Positions 63,606-64,000 of a stretch of DNA of 64,000 bases are shown in pieces (within the stretch, counting starts at the first letter, position 1; each line of letters starts with the position of its first letter). The translations under genes were made by a program, and so were the position numbers. The notes under the pieces are model-generated. The model was not told the DNA's origin, made no database searches, and was given only the letters and a program-made list of their open reading frames with translations. This DNA is from an uncultured Gammaproteobacteria bacterium (GTDB lineage Bacteria; Patescibacteriota; Microgenomatia; JALYQM01), in contig CAZHTP010000004.1 in assembly GCA_964535655.1 (NCBI GenBank), positions 11,108-75,107 on the forward strand, read 5' to 3'.

Positions 63606-64000
63606 ATGTCGGGTGAAGCAGAGCTCAATACCGAGATTGATAATCTGATATTATCAGCGCAGAGAGAATGGGCTTTAGAAAACCTTGTACGTGAAGTGGC
63701 CGAAGAGACAGGTATTTGTAGAATTCCTGATTCTATCTTGGATTTATCTGCTAATTTCTTGGGCTTTGTTCCTGGATATTCGCCAAACTTACTTGATAGG
63801 GTTGTAGGAGATAAACTTCAACTTCCTTTTGTCTTTAAATATAAGCTTAACAGTTTGCCAAAAATTGATGAGCGTGAAGAACACGATGAAAGTGTCTGGT
63901 TGAGATGGCCTCTGTTTGGTTTTGAGCGACCTAAAAAAGTTGCAGAAATTAGGCCGCTTTTAACTTCTATTTTGGATGGTGAGCTTGTCGTTACTTGTGA
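63606..64000 (+). CDS. Hypothetical protein, 5' partial (runs off window)
   Basis: Open frame from the ATG at 63606 to the window end. It contains FERPKKVAEIRPL, which weakly resembles reverse-transcriptase motif 1 (PKK..G..RPI). Not enough sequence to decide. Confidence 0.3.
   Translation, partial: MSGEAELNTEIDNLILSAQREWALENLVREVAEETGICRIPDSILDLSANFLGFVPGYSPNLLDRVVGDKLQLPFVFKYKLNSLPKIDEREEHDESVWLRWPLFGFERPKKVAEIRPLLTSILDGELVVTC

Noticed and set aside
1-64000. CRISPR arrays, rRNA and tRNA genes
   Set aside because: No regularly spaced direct repeats, no rRNA-like conserved blocks and no GTTCGA-type T-loops with acceptor-stem context were found by eye.

Overview
This is a low-GC (about 30-38% by eye) bacterial segment with tightly packed genes. 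Most of it looks like core genome: translation and RNA modification (trpS, archaeal-type proS, dus, rsmB-like, mnmA), SUF Fe-S assembly (sufC, sufB), a GDP-mannose-derived deoxysugar cluster (gmd, NUDIX, Rmd-like reductase), isoprenoid and lipid genes (type-2 IPP isomerase, CDP-alcohol phosphatidyltransferase, CarS/DUF46-like protein), a DAHP synthase / chorismate mutase / prephenate dehydratase operon, a P-type ATPase, and two large convergent sensor histidine kinases. Genes that are more typically archaeal (PdaD arginine decarboxylase, a PRMT-like methyltransferase, the CarS-like protein, type-2 IPP isomerase, archaeal-type proS) and the many small genes without clear Shine-Dalgarno sites suggest an uncultured, possibly reduced-genome lineage. 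I cannot assign taxonomy from sequence alone. One IS481-family insertion sits between a gmk-like gene and the gmd cluster. There are two decayed genes: a GT4 glycosyltransferase remnant, and a winged-helix regulator split by a homopolymer frameshift. I found no rRNA, tRNA or CRISPR. The regions most worth a second look are: (i) a textbook-looking transcription attenuator with an F-G-Y-W-Y leader peptide in front of the aromatic amino acid operon; (ii) a GC-elevated two-gene module (an unknown protein plus a cysteine-free E1/ThiF-like Rossmann protein) behind a near-consensus promoter, a 13-codon leader ORF and an intrinsic terminator, preceded by paired TGACA-N4-TGTCA operator-like sites; (iii) a Cys-rich mini-protein coupled to a radical SAM/SPASM enzyme next to a GT4 gene; (iv) a PdaD / PRMT-like methyltransferase / membrane protein / hybrid histidine kinase operon; (v) a 50% GC intergenic block at the right edge upstream of a partial ORF. 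All coordinates were derived by hand from the printed sequence. Start codons are adjusted from the ORF track (which uses TTG/GTG starts) where an in-frame ATG with better context exists.
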